The translations under genes and the position numbers were made by a program. DNA of 54,747 nucleotides, taken from assembly GCA_963575745.1 (NCBI GenBank), contig CAUYUJ010000218.1, positions 62,001 through 116,747 of the forward strand, given 5' to 3'. Positions 12,419-25,914 of the stretch are shown piece by piece. The first letter of the stretch is position 1, and the number at the start of each line of letters is the position of its first letter. Origin of the DNA: Prorocentrum cordatum (Eukaryota). The notes beneath the pieces are model-generated. The model did not search any database. It had not been told where the DNA came from and saw nothing but the letters and a program-made list of their open reading frames with translations.

Positions 12419-12927
12419 CTCCGCTATCTGGCTGTAGTGGCCGAGCTCGTCGCTCGAGCCCCCCAGTGAGGCCTGGCAGCGGCCTGCGCCACCCCGCGCG
12501 CCACCGCGCGGGCCGACGAGGAACAGGCTCGGCCGCCCTCGCCCGCCGCCGCGCACGGGCCTGTGAGAAGAAAAAACTACGTAAACAGAAACTTCTGGCG
12601 CTCCGCGTGGACTTCCTGGATCTGCACTGGGCCCCCCTCCCTGGCGCGCGGCGCGGGCCAGGGGCGGCGCCGGAGGCGCCGCCGGGGGGTCCCAGCGCAG
12701 ATCCAAGAAACCCGCGCGGAGCGCCCAAAAGTTCATGCTTCTGGCGTGGTTTCTTCTTCGAGGGCCGGACGCCCAGCCCTGGAGGCCAGCGCCGTGCCCG
12801 TCCCTGCCGGTGCCCGCGCCCATCGGGGCCGGCGCCCGCCGCCGGCGCTGCCGCGCTGGGGCTGGCCAGGCCGGGGCCGCGGCGCCGTGGAAGGGCCTCT
12901 GCGGCGCCCGGGGGCCGAGGCGTCGCC

Positions 12928-12949
12928 CCTGGGCCAGAGCGGCCGCGGA
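12928..12949 (-). other. Degenerate relict dinoflagellate spliced leader upstream of the hydrolase gene
   Basis: Minus strand TCCGCGGCCGCTCTGGCCCAGG aligns without gaps to DinoSL DCCGTAGCCATTTTGGCTCAAG at 15/22 positions; all 7 mismatches are A>G or T>C transitions. Confidence 0.6.
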
Positions 12950-13009
12950 GGAGGAGGAGGAGGAGGACGAGGAGGAGGAGGAGGAAGACCACTGTGACCC
13001 AAGACACGT

Positions 13010-13590
13010 CAACTGATGTTGCAGTACATCAATGCTTTCAAGTTTCCTCTTCGAATGACCCTATAAGAAACTTTTGTCAGTGGGAAATGCCCCATGGGAA
13101 GACAACAGTTTAAGAATTCGCAACCGTACCAAATAACATTCCCGTGGCTTCGACGCCGCGAATCAGCGTCTCTGTTGCGCCCTGACAATCCGAAGTCGTG
13201 ACAAAACACCACCCCTGGAGCTTCAGCACGGCGAATCAACGTGACTGTTGCGTCCTGACAATTACTGCTCCATTCCTTAGCCTCCAGCCATATGAATCCT
13301 TGAAACTGTTGTAAGATTTCAAAGCGAATGCGTGCGGCGCAGATGAGAGAGCCACATTCTGAAAAAGAACCGCTCTCCATCCTTGAAGCTGCTGCGACAT
13401 GTTAAGACGGATGTGCGTGGTGCTAAGGTGAGAGCTCATGTTGACGACGCCGTTAATTTTGAAGCTGCTGCAAACATGCAAACTTTTAAGACGAACACCA
13501 TTTCGAAAACCAACCAACCTCCATCCGTGAAGCTGCTGTGCAAATCTCTAAGCTTCAGAATCATGTATGGGACATCCCAGGCTAAAAACG
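13010..13590 (+). repeat. Dispersed repeat copy related to 42660-43570
   Basis: Shares gagagccacattytgaaaa...ccgc.ctc.atcc.tgaa units and the agcttcagaatcat end. Confidence 0.65.
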
Positions 13591-14064
13591 CCCAGCCCGC
13601 CCCACCGACACGTCTGGGGGGGGTGGACAGGGAGGAGTTGCTTATAAGGATAAGAGGTTGGAGCAGGAAGGCACTGACGCTGCAACCCATGCCGATTAAA
13701 GACCGCTCAACGTCAAAGGAGGAGGAGGAAGAGGAGGAGGAAGAGGAGGGAGGAGGGAAAAGGGAGGAGAAAGAGGAGGAGGAGGAGAACGGAGGAGGGG
13801 AAGAGCAGGAGGAGCAGGAAGAGGCGGGGAGTGATGAGAGCCCTGAAGGGGTGAACAGCGCTGGGACCGAGCTTGGTGGCCAAGTCTTTAGATTGAGCAC
13901 TTGCCCTGATCCCTGCTCCTCCTCTCCCATCCCCCTTCTCCTTTTCGAGATACGGTGTTTGGTCGCTGGGGCAGAGATTTGTCACCTGCCCTCCCAACCC
14001 TACCCCTCCTCCACCTCCTGCTCCGCCTCCGCTGGCTCCTCATCTTCCTCCTGCTGGTCCGCTG

Positions 14065-14803
14065 CCCTCCTCCTCCTCCTCCTCCTCCTCCTCCTCCTCC
14101 TCCTCGCCATCACAATCATCATCTTCACCATCACCATCACCATCACCACCACCATCATCAGCATCATCATCACTAGCGTCATCATTTTCACCATCATCGT
14201 CCTCATCATTACCATCAACAACAACATCATCACCATGTTCGCCATCATCATCACCACCATCATCACCATCAGCTCCATCCATCATCACAATCATCATCAT
14301 CATCAGCATCATCATCATCATCATCATCATCAACATCGCCATCATCATCCGCATCACCATCGCCAACACCATCACCGTCACCGTCATCATCACAATCATC
14401 ATCATCATCATCATCATCAGCAGCATCACCATCAATATCACCACCACCATCACAATCGCCATCACCATCTCCATCATCATCATCATCACCACCATCGTCA
14501 TCATCATCATCATCGTCATCATCACCATCACTGTCACCATCAGCATCACCACCACCATCATCATCATCATCAGCATCATCATCATGATCATCAGCATCAT
14601 CATCATCGTCATCATCATCGTCGCCATCGTCATCGTCACCATCAGCACCATCGTCATCATCATAATCATCAGCATCACCAACATACCACCATCACCATCG
14701 CCATTGCCATCACCAGCACCACCACCACCAGCATCATCACCATCAGCATCATCATCACCATAACCATCACCAGTTCCATCAGCAGCAGCATGATCAGCAT
14801 CAG

Positions 14804-14866
<63 letters not shown>

Positions 14867-14950
14867 GATCTTGCTCCTCCTGATCATGCTGCTACTGGCA
14901 CTTTTCCTCATACACCTCCTCCTGCTCCTCGTCCTCCACCTCCTGCCCGT
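14065..14950. repeat. (TCC)n and degenerate (CAT)n microsatellite
   Basis: Read directly; gives spurious poly-His/Ile/Met ORFs. Confidence 0.95.
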
Positions 14951-14999
14951 TCTCCGTCGCATCCCCTCCTCGAACGTATGCCCACCGTCGCCCAGTGGC

Positions 15000-17900
15000 C
15001 ACGCATCCCAGCCTGCTGTAGCAACTGCGCACGTGTAGTACGTGCACACATAGGAGTATCCAGAGGCAAGTGAGACGAGTGACTGCAAGCATTGTAGTTG
15101 CAACATGCAATAGTCAAGCGTTGACAGGCAAGGTCCCGATCCTCATCCGAGAGTCTCCCCGCTATAGACCAAGTCTGCAATCAAGCTTAAATGGCATAGG
15201 GCGATCAGGGAACCAGACCCCTTTCACGGCAGGCCACAACACAGGGCTGCTCATATAGTGTTTCTGCGAGTCCTTGGCGCCCTCGCCCTCACAGCCGAAA
15301 AAACGCGCACGGTCCACGTGGCTTAATCGTCCAACCCCCCTCCCAAGACCTTGGGCACGGACATCTGCCGCGATGGAGGAGCGCTCGCAAGGCGTTCACG
15401 AAGCCAGGGCCAGGAGGTTCCCTGAAGAGCCTCGGCAGAAGGGGGATCCCGAGGCCCAAGACGACAACCATTCAAGCAACGCCCCCTGCAGCCTGCAGCG
15501 CGCCCTGCAAACAAAAAGCAACGTCCCAAGCGCTCGAGCGATGACCATCTGAATCTTGACCCCGGCATCAGAAAGCTGCGCTTCGGCGAGAGCATCAGCC
15601 GCAGCGGCCACAGGCGCCCGCAAGACAGCCAGCTGGAAGAAGCCGTCCCTGGCCACGCTCAGCGTCTGGGCGAATGACCAACGGCGCCAGAAGGGAGGGG
15701 GCCATTGCCCTGCAGGCCACGACGCGATGGGGGGACGGCGTCCCGCCATCTCCTGAGGGCGCTGCGAAAGCCACCTCCCATTCGAGATCGTTTCCTTGGC
15801 CGCGCGCCAAAGACTGGAATCCGACTGCACCTTCGCTGAGAGGGGGCCCGACCTTTGCCCAGGCCCCCGGGGGCGAGGAGCTGGGAGAGAGGGAACGCAA
15901 AGGGGGGGCGGCGAAGGACCTCGCGGGAGGCCCAGGGCTCCCAACGGAGAGCCTGCACGGGAGCAGGGGCAAGCTGGCACCGGTAGGAGCATTTCGAGAC
16001 AGCTCGCGCACTGCACAGCTGAGTCGCAATCGAGGGGGGGCGGCCTGCTGCTTGGATGCACTGCTGGCCACCTCCACCCACTCCCCAAACACCCGGTCCC
16101 ACATCTGCTTCAACGCAGCTGGGCCGATCCACACCCCAAGGTACTCCACGCAGGCAGCTAGCGGCACTTCCCAGAACCTCGGAGGCACCGTCTCGAGAAG
16201 CGAGAGAAGCATGGGGCGCAGATGGTCCGTGAATCCTGCCCCCAGCGGCACGACGCAGCATTTTGACATCTTTGCTTTTTGGCCAGCAAGGACCTTTGCA
16301 GCAGAAGAAACATCTCGCACCTCGGGGGGCGCCTTGATATTCGAAAGAACAAGCCCCACATCGTCCGCGCACACCCCCTCCCCCGACCCAGGGAATTTCA
16401 CGAATCACTTCCGAAGATCACGCAGCAATGGGCCCATGATCAGAGCCCAGCCCGCGCCGCTGAACGGATCCCCCTGCATCGCGCCACGCCGGATGACACA
16501 GAAGTTGAAGGGAGACCAAGCAGCATGCGCAAACATATGTATGGCCTGCACCAAAAGATATGCAGCTCTTTTGAAGACCAGCAACGAGGAGGACCCCTCA
16601 CCCCACAGGAAGGGGTGACAGAGAGAGGGGAAGGCGTTGCCGATGTCACTGGGGAGGATGAGGATGAGGAGGAAGAGGAGGGGGTGATACTAACACGCTT
16701 TCTCGGGCATCCGCAGGGTTCTGGCTGTCACACCTAGCTGGGCCACATTCTTCAAGAAGTTGCGCCCTACGAGGCATCGCTAGTCGGGATTGGGCCTGCT
16801 TTCTTACTACATGCTCAAGCTTCTGCTACAGGCGGCTGAGAAAATCGTCACGTTGGACTCTTGTCAAAACTAGCGGGCGCGAAGAGGCATGGCCCCCTGA
16901 CGCCCTGCTGTGGTCGTTCGCCTGCGTTCCCCTTGGTGCGAAAGCGAGCAAAAGATGGTTCAATCCAACCGGCGGAAACATGCCATTCAGCATGAGTTGG
17001 AGGAGGTCAAACAGTATCTCAGCCAAGAGGGAGTTATGCTGCCATGCAGCGCGCGGCAATCCGTCAGGCCAAGGAGCCGTCTGGTTGGCACGACGAATCG
17101 TCCCCCTGATTAGAGCAACCGTCGGGGGAAGGAAATCGGACCAGTCGAAAGGCACCGCGTGCTTCTCTAATCTGGCCGAACATGTTGGTTGAAAAGGAGC
17201 TCCTTTCCAGAAGAGCACAGGGGCCCTGTCGTGCCCAGCGAGCCATCAAGGGAGACTGAGGCCTGGAGCGGGAATGTACCCCTGGATGGTGGCCAAAGCC
17301 TGCCACGCCTACGATCAGCCTGCAAATGTGCCCGGAGTATCCGCTTTTCTTAGAATGCCGAAGACTCTTTCACCGCCGTCTCTGCGGACTCAAGCATCTG
17401 CTGCTAGAGCTGCTGCTGAAGGGATTCGCACTCGCGACGAAGCACGACGGCAGACCTCAGCGACGCCGACCCCTCCAGCGACAGCACGCGGCGCTTCGCG
17501 GCGGCAGGGGCAGAGGCCAGCAGGCGAGAGGCAAGGGCGGCAATCAAAAGCTTAGTCTCGAGCTCTGGAGCCCGAGCACGGATTAGCGAGTTTCTGGCCA
17601 TCCGAGCGGCCTCCCGAAGTAAACGTTTATACCCTCGCCGCTTGGCAATGAGCGGCGCGGCGTTGAAGAGAAGGGGGAGAAGCTAAGCAATAGAAACAGG
17701 AAGTGCGAGAAAGAGGGAGACTGGCACAGAAAATGATGGACTGCTCATGCTCAGGTCTCGGCTGCCGTGACCCGAACGTCACGCGCAGTGGGGCATGATC
17801 GAATATGCCACGTTCTTGAAACAACTCGGGTTTGTTTTATACAGTGGAGGTCAGGCAGTACGGAAGCAGCAGCCAGTCATGCGTGCCTACGAAGACCTTG

Positions 17901-19720
17901 TCTAGCTGGGTGGGCTGCTGGCCCTCCGCGATAAAGTGTGCGGGCTGCTCGGGGTCGAGCTCAATCATGTTGCTCAGGATGCGCTCCCAGTCCTGCACGT
18001 GCTCTCTCGAACGTGGTTCCGCCAGGATGCCCTTGTCGATCTCAAGCGTCGCCATATATACAGCCGCCTTGCTGTCGAAATCGAAATCACCAAGCACCAT
18101 CGCAGCCGAGCGCACCGGGAACTCCTCGGATACGGCCACCACCGCTGAGATGCGAGCCACCAGGTTCGCCACCTTACCAGAATTGCCGAATTCGTATATG
18201 TTGTGTATATATATATGTCTATTACCCACATCACGTACTCACTCCTCGATTGACACGCTCTCGGTTTCATCGCAACCGTTGAACGCGGCCAAGTACAATG
18301 ATATGATGTCGAGTCCGTTCTCAGCCACCGCCAGATGAGCCACCTACTGAGTGAGGCCCATCATAAGGATCGACACATCACCCGTATCATGTTTTTGGGA
18401 TCGAGGAGATGACGGCGACCTTCGAATGAGAAAGAAAAGCTTGCTGGCGCAGTTCCTCATCTGTGCCGTGCACTTCCTGCAAGGAAATGACACCCTGGGA
18501 CTGAAACACATCACACCACCGAGCACACTTGACTTTCCGCGTAGAGGGGTTGTGATGGAGCAGGGCACGAGTGTTCCAGGTGAAGGACGGGGAGCACGGA
18601 CCAACCATGCTCGAGAAATCCTCCATCCACGGTATCACTGTGGCATGACATCCGCCCCCGTACCGCGTCAGAAGCATGAAAGGTTGTATGGGCACGCGCC
18701 ATCAGTACGTCCTCGTCCACAGCCTGATTCTGAAACGCCGCGTATTTCCTTACTAGCTTCGTGCCTTGATCCTTTCCCACGCCAATCTGGAGGTTGACCA
18801 TCGGGACACCTTCGGCGTAGATGATGCCCTCGGAGCGGTCGTGACGTACTCTCTTGTGCTCATGAATTTCCTTGATGATGCCAGCCAGCTGCTTACTCAG
18901 TGTCTCTCTGTGCACCATGCGTGCAGCCTTGTCCAAGCTCACGAAGACTCTCGAAGTACAAGTCTCGATCGTGTCCACGTTGAATGTACGCTATGATCCA
19001 TCAACAAGTGTGAGATGACGACGCACCATCTGTACCTTTCTCTGCGCCGCATTCGCGTCGCCCGACATCTGCACACTGAACCGGCGGCCAGGCGATGCGC
19101 TCTGCAAGCGACAACTGAACTGAGTCCAGTCGAAGCCCGCCTCTTTGAGCCACGGCGCCAGCTGCTCCTGCGCCTTGACCAGCTGCACATTCGCCGTGGC
19201 GTTCGCGATAATGATCGTGCCGTCAGGATCGCGGTCCCATTCCAGCATGCCGTTGTAATCCTTGATGGGCACCGTTGTCTCCGAGATGTAAAATGGGCGC
19301 CGCAGCTGCTCCATCTACTCACGCATGGCCAGCTGCTCCCGCTTGAAAGAAGTCTGGCGTTGCTGTGTCCTGGAGCTCGCCCTGAACCTGCACATTGACC
19401 GTCTCCTGCTGCACCGTCACCGCCTTGATGAGGACCGAAGTGCACACGCTGACCTCCGCCACGATGGACTTCTTTGCATCATTGAAGCGCTTGTCCATCG
19501 TGCCTCCGAGCTCCTTTTTGAAGCTGGCCAGGAGTGCGTCGAGAGAGGACCGACTTGAAGCCCCAGAGCACTCGACAGAAGAGGCTGCATCCATTGATGA
19601 ACGACTGCGCTCGTTTGTTTTGCTGCCAGCAGCCCATGGGTCACCTCCGGAAGCCTGTAGAGGATCAGGAGAGCGCCCAACACCAAGAAGAGGACGTCCA
19701 GTCGCACGAACCGGCTAGGC
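15000..19720 (-). mobile_element. Decayed full-length LINE (ORF1, APE-type endonuclease, RT, CCHC); boundaries approximate
   Basis: Fragments in the expected order across frames: ORF1 pieces 18511-19594; EN motifs TWNTRALL and SLQEVHG (18387..18695), VLGDFD and LDKVFV (17837..18229), DHAPL (17627..17824); RT motifs APWPDG (16826..17218), MQGDP (~16465-16479), CADD, KCCVVP and EYLGVWIG (15595..16401); broken zinc knuckle C..GC...DSQKHYM at ~15245-15315. Confidence 0.8.
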
Positions 19721-19799
19721 GGGCTGGTTACGACTACAACAAGGATGGAGGGCCACTGGTTTTCAACATGCTGCTCTCGCCTTAGCGCGGCGCACGTTC

Positions 19800-20290
19800 G
19801 TGTTAAATACTTCAACAAGCGATGGAGATTATGTGGTTGACAAGACTGCCCTCGCCAGCGTTTCAAACAAATCCTACAGGTCTAACATGCGGTTCTCGCC
19901 TCAGAGCCGCGCACATTCGTTGTTAAAGCTTCCAGCAGTTGTGAGGATGGTGGCCTGCTCGTTTTCAAAATGCGGCCCTCGCTTGAGACTTCTTCAAACT
20001 CGGCCCGAGGTTCCAAGTTGTTCTGTAGCTACACGGATGGAGGGCAACTCCTTTTCTGAGTGGGGCTCTCGCTGTAGCGCCGCGCATGCTCGTCTTTACA
20101 AATGAGAAAATTACACTGACGCAGGGGGTGGTTCTCAAATGCGGATCTCGCATCAGCGCAACGCCCATTCGTTATAACATTTGCTAACCAGTCAGAAAGG
20201 ATGGAGGCCGGTTCGATTTCAAAATGTGGCTCTCGCTTGAGAAGTCCTCGAATTCTGCGGCCCGAGGTTCCACATCGTCCAAGGGCGACA
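19800..20290 (-). repeat. Dispersed repeat copy (reverse) of the ~83-bp-unit family at 42950-43510
   Basis: Recurring ttcaaaatgyggcyctcgc, the reverse complement of gcgagagccacattttgaa. Confidence 0.65.
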
Positions 20291-21142
20291 CGCCTGATCC
20301 AAGGTGAGACTCCGTCCTGAGCCGAAAAAGGACATGTAGGATGAGGGTGCGGAGGGGGCAAGACCGAACTGGCTGGTGGAGTGGGATCCCATGACCACCA
20401 GGCCGACCCTGAGATCCGACGTTGCAAAAAAAATGCAGCCTCGCGCCCTAGACCCCATCCCTCCGCGGCATTTTTCGACCCAGATCGACCTGTGATGGTC
20501 CTGGGGCCCGAAACCGGGCGACAACGCCTGGTGTGAAAAAATCGCAACGCCCGGATCTCAGGGCAGGTACAGCCAACCCGTACCTTCAGGATGCGTGGTG
20601 AGGATGCACGGGCCTTGGAGGGCCAAGTTGACGTTTTGCGAACGAGGTTGGCCAGCGAAAATCGCCAAGGATGGGCCGAAGGGGTAAGGATGCAAGGGTA
20701 CCCTTGGGAAGGTTGCCCATCCTTACTATGCGGGTTGACTGTAAAGCTCCCCCGACGACCCCTGGGCCCCACCGAAGACGAGCACCACCCTGTGGTCCTT
20801 CCTGTACACGGGCGGCGCGCCGCGCGGCGGCGCCAGGTCCACCTGCTGGCGAGGGAGGCAGATACTCAAAACAAGGCGATGAGATCTACAGAAGGCACAC
20901 ACGACAGGACACCTTGCCACAAGAAATCTCGGGGCTCAAATTTCGTCGGATCTGAGCTCTGTAAGGGGAACCTCCCGGGCGGGAACCTGCGCTGTGAGAG
21001 TTGCTTATTTTTGTAATACATCCATTATCCTTCCATATCCTCCTCTTCTTCGTCTTCGTTTTCCTCTCCTCCCGCTGCACATGTGCAGATGGTCCACCCA
21101 AACAAACACTCCAAACACCCTGGCCTGTATTCGATCTCTGGC

Positions 21143-21180
21143 TCCTCCTCATCCTCCTCCTGCTCCTCCTGCTCCTCATG

Positions 21181-21278
<98 letters not shown>

Positions 21279-23348
21279 GATCATCATCATCTTCATCATC
21301 ATCACCATCAACACCATCATCGTCATCATCATCATCATCATCATCAGCATCGTCATCATCATCATCATCATCATCATCAGCATCATCATCATTATCAGTA
21401 TCATTATCATTATCTCATTATCATTATCATTATCATCATCATCAACATCCTCCTCCTCCTCCTCCTGCTGCTCCTCCTCTTCCTCCTCCACCGCCTCCTC
21501 CTCCTTCTCTGCCTCCTCCTCCTCCTCCTCCTCCTCCTCCCCCTCCTCCTCCTCCTCCTCCTCCTCCTCCTCCCTCCTCCTCCTCCTCCTCCTCCTCCTC
21601 TCCTCCTCCTCTTCCCCCTCTCCCCGTCCCCTCCTCCTCCTCTCCTCCTCCTCCTCCTCCTCCTCATCCTCCTCCTCCCCCTCCCCCTCCTCCTCCTCCT
21701 CCTCCTCCTCCTCCTCCTCCTCCTCCTCCTCCTCCTCCTCCTCCCTCCCCCTCCTCCTCTTCCTCCTCCTCCTCCCGCCTCTCTCCTCCTCCTCCTCCTC
21801 TTCCTCCTCCTCCTCCTCGTCCTCGTCCTCGTCCTCCTCCTCCTCCTCCTCTCGTCCTCGTCCTCGTCCTCCTCCTCGTCCTCGTCCCCTCCTCCTCCTC
21901 TCCTCCTCCTCCTCCTCCTCCTCCTCCTCCTCCTCCTCCTCCTCCTCCTCGTCCTCCTCCTCTCCTCCTCCTCCTCCCTCCCCCTTCCTCCTCCTCCTCC
22001 TCCTCCTCCTCCTCCTCCCCTCCTCCTCCTCCTCCCCCTCCTGAGCCGCTGAGCCACTCACTGATGGTCTGAGAGTCCGCCGGACGCGACCATCCTCCCC
22101 CCCTGGGCCGGTCGGCCATGGGGAGGGGGGTACAACTAGGAGCCAGGCCAATCCTGGAGCGGTCGCTCCAGGAGTCGCAACAAGACTGAGCGGAGAAGAA
22201 AGAGAAAACAGAGAAAGGAGCAAGCTCCTCCTCCTCCTCTCTCCTCCTCCTCCTCCTCCTCCTCTCTTCCTCCTCCTCCTTCCTCCTCCTCCTCCTCCTC
22301 CTCCTCCTCCTCCCCCACCTCCTCCCACTTCCTCCAACCTCCTCCCATCTCCTCCCACCTCCTCCTCCCTTCTCCAACCTCCTCCTTCTCCTCCTCCCCC
22401 TTCTCACGGGCGCGCGCGCGCGCCTTCAGGCGCCAGGGGCCGCTGCCGCCACCGCCCGAGGAGCAGTTGGCAACGGCGGAGCCCCAGAAGTGCCCTGCGC
22501 GCATGCGCGCCGACCGCGGGGCCGAGGCACGCGACTCTCCTCGATTCTCTTCCTCCTCCTCCTCCTCCTCCTCCTCCTCCTCCTCCTCTCTTCCTCCTCC
22601 TCCTACTCCTCACCTCGTCGTCCTCCTCCTTCTACTCCTCGTCGATCCTCCTCTTCCTCCTCCTCCCTCCTCCTCCTCCTCCTCCTCCTCCTCCTCCTCC
22701 TCCCCTCCTCCTCCCTCCTCCTCCTCCTCCTCCTCCTCCTCCTCCTCCTCCTCCTCCCTCCTCCTCCTCCTCCTCCTCCTCTCCTCCCTCCTCCTCCTCC
22801 TCCTCCTCCTCCTCCTCCTCCTCCTCCCCTCTCTTCCTCTCCTCCTCCTCCTCCTCTTCCCCCTCCTCCCCGTCCTCCTCCTCCTCATCTTCTTCCTCCT
22901 CCTCCTCCTCCTCCTCCTCCTCCTCCTCCTCCTGGTCGATCATCCTCCTTCTCCTCCTCCCTCCACCTCCTCCTCCTCGATCCTCAATCCTCGATTCTCG
23001 ATCCGCGATCCTCGATCCTCGATCCTCCTCCTCCTCCTCCTCCTCCTCCTCCTCCTCCTCCTCCTCCTCCTCCTCCTCCCTCCTCCTCCTCCTCCTCCCT
23101 CCTCCTCCTCCTCCCTCCTCCTCCTCCTCCTCCTCCTCCTCTCGTCGTCGTCGTCGTCGTCCTCCTCCTCCTCCTCCTCCTCCTCATCCTCTACCTCCTC
23201 TGCGTCCTCGTCCTCGTCGTCCTCATCCTTTTTCCCCTCCTCCTCCTCCTCCTCCTCCTCCTCCTCCTCCTCTCCTCCTCCTCCTCCTCTTCCTCTTCCT
23301 CCCCCTCGTCGTCGTCCTCCTCCTCCTCCTCGTCCTCCTCCTCCTCCT
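21143..23348. repeat. Long compound (CAT)n/(TCC)n microsatellite block with short unique islands
   Basis: Read directly. Confidence 0.95.
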
Positions 23349-23449
23349 TTTTCAAGCTGCCACCCTGGGTCATCCTCTCGGGTCGACTCCATCGTCACAT
23401 TGGCAAGCGACCTCCCCAGGTTGACTGCTCCGTCTGTGCCGCCACGGCC

Positions 23450-23972
23450 ATGTCTGGCGCGGGTGCTGGCGCTGCCTCGCCTGGTGTCGCTCGCCGCCGT
23501 CGCGAGCAGAAGCAACGCGCCACCGCCCACCACGTGCAATGGCTGATGTCACTGCGCCAGGCCAGTGCTGCGCACCACCTCCGCCTCACGTAGTGGTTGC
23601 GCCTCAGAGGTCTCCGAGTTGCGGCACGAGCGCAACGTGATGAAGCAGAAGATTGCAGAGCTCCGCACCCTGCTCGTGTCCAATGGGCACTTGAACTTCT
23701 CGGCAGCTGTCCACGGTCTCCGTGAAGATCCTGAACATCCTAATGCTGCTGGAGTTTCTGACGACTCTCGTGCAGCTCGCAAAAGCCGAAGCCGAAGTGG
23801 TGGGCTCTACTTCGAGGACGCTAAAGGCAAGGGCAAGGCCAAAGTGGCCTTTGGTGCGCCGCCCGGCAGCCCTCCTGATACTCCTCTTGCTGCTGATGCT
23901 GGACTCGTTCCTCGTGGTTCTGGAGCTGCTCATGCCGCTGCCGCGCCTCAAGTTATATCCTCGCAGGAATGA
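23450..23972 (+). pseudogene. Frameshifted short ORF (basic RRRxxQRA..HH motif plus coiled coil), possibly a retroelement ORF1-like remnant
   Basis: MSGAGAG...RRRREQKQRATAHHVQWLMSLRQASAAHH joins (T)SASRSGCASEVSELRHERNVMKQKIAELRTLL by a 1-nt shift near 23578. Confidence 0.4.
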
Positions 23973-25914
23973 CAAGGAGAAAGAGGTGGCGCCAAGAGCC
24001 AGGATGGAGGACAGCCTTACGAGCTCGTCCAGTGCTGACAGCTGGGAGCAGGCGATCGATGGTCGACCTGCTCGACAGTTCAAGGAAGAAGAATAAGAAT
24101 AAGAAGAAGTACAAGTGCTGAGGGGGTAGCCTGCGCCTGCGCACAGTTTGGAAGGCGGCGTCGCCCTCGGTGCCGTCGCTGCGCCGACCCCGCTCGTCGG
24201 GTGAGCCATGGCGGCAAGAACGGCTCCCTCTCCCCCCTCCTATCCTCCGCCGCACCGTGCGGGCCCCGGGCGCGGGCCGCGGGCGAGCGGAGTTGGGAGC
24301 CGCAGGGACGGCGTCTCTCTCTCTCTCTCTCTACCTCTCTCTGAGGCTGGTCTTGCTGGCTTGCTGGTGGGGGGCCCCGGTGCAGCTGGGCCGTGCAGGG
24401 TCCGCCTTCGAAGCTTCGCAGCTGGAAGGCTTAGCCATGTGCGCTCGAAGTGTCCTGTCCTATCCTCCTCCTCCCTCCTCCTCCTCCTCCTTCTCCTCCT
24501 CCACATCCCCACTGGCATGACCTTTGCACCGCTGGCAGACTTACCCCCTACGTTCAAGAGGTTATGCTTGGGGCGCCGCGGCGGCGTCCCCGGCCACACG
24601 CTATGCTCTGCGAACGGATAGCGTGTCGCTCCGCCTTGAAGGGCGAGAGGCCAGGAAGAGCTCGGGACGGTAAAGCCAGGGGACTTCGCCGTGGTTAACG
24701 TGTCGCGCCGGAAAAATGGGGCGGGCCAGAGCCGGCGGCGCGACACGGTAAGAGAAAGCTCTTGACCGCAACCGATCCACATCCCCACTGGCATGGCCTC
24801 TGCACCACTCGCCGGCTTACCCCACAGGCGAGGATATGCCTTGTTCCCGTTCTCTGAGTCTTCGAAGCATCACTACCGTGGATGGAAGCAATTAACGCGA
24901 AACCGATTCGTAACGTTGGAATTTCGACATTCAATGTCCGCGGGTTCCAAGCCGGGCACGATCGGCGGCCGCCGCCGAAAATGTAAAACAGAAGCGCGAA
25001 ACACAAGTGAAGGCTTATATTGTCGTGGCCCGGACTGCACCCATTATCTTTGAACGGCGGAGTCGCAACGTTGTGCATTGGCTTCGCGCTAAGTTCTTAC
25101 ATCTGAAGGGGCCCAGGGACCCACATATAAATACACACAAATCCCCGGATTCCCAATACTTGTCCTGATTTGTTGGATGTTCGTCTTCCCCCCCCACTTC
25201 CCATATTTTCGCACAGTTCCCTGGGGATCGAGGATCAATCGTGCCTGTGTTTTCCCCCTCCTGATTCTTGTCATTCTCCCTCGACCCGAACCCTCGAGAC
25301 CTCGATCCTCAACCCCCGAGCCTCCACCTTCGACCCTCGAGCCTCGATCCCCGCCCACCGGCGCCTGCGCGCCGCCGCTTCAGCGACCCGCCCGCAGTCG
25401 CCCACTGCCGCGCCTCGTAGAGGCGGCCCAGATGCGCCACGAAGTCGGGCGGCGCGGCACCTCGGCGGCGACGGGGGGGAAGAGGAAGGAGGAACGGGGG
25501 GGGGGGAGTGGGAGGAGGAAGAGGGGGAGGAAGAGGAAGGGGATGATGGGGAGGAGGAGGCTAGGGAAGGAGGGAAGAGGAGGGGAAAGAGAGGGAGGAG
25601 GGGGTGAGGGGTGGAGGGAGAGGAGTGGGGTGGGGGGGTAGGGGGGGGAGAAAGAGAGGGCGGCAGAGGATAATGATGGGCGAGGACATTAAGCACTAGC
25701 AGAGGGAGGGCAGGGGGGGGAGGGGGAAGGAGGGGGAGGAAGATGGGGTGGAGCAGAAGGGCGGGGACGGGGGGAGGAGGAGGAGCAGCAGCAGCAGCGG
25801 GGGGACGGGGGGAGGCCCAGGGGGAGGAGGAGGAGGAGGAGGAGGAGGAGGAGGAGGACGAGGAGGAGGAGGAGGAGGAGGAGGACGAGGAGGAGGAGGA
25901 GGAGGAGGAGGAGG

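Noticed and set aside
11240..13012. 590-aa single-exon protein as given in the ORF track
   Set aside because: Both ends run through microsatellite or intron; only ~11579-12418 (perhaps from 12823) looks coding.
13383..15038. 551-aa poly-His ORF, and similar poly-Asp/Met/Glu/Ser/Thr ORFs at 2298-3994, 20886-23593 and 53411-54685
   Set aside because: Open only because triplet microsatellites lack stops; all frames give homopolymers.
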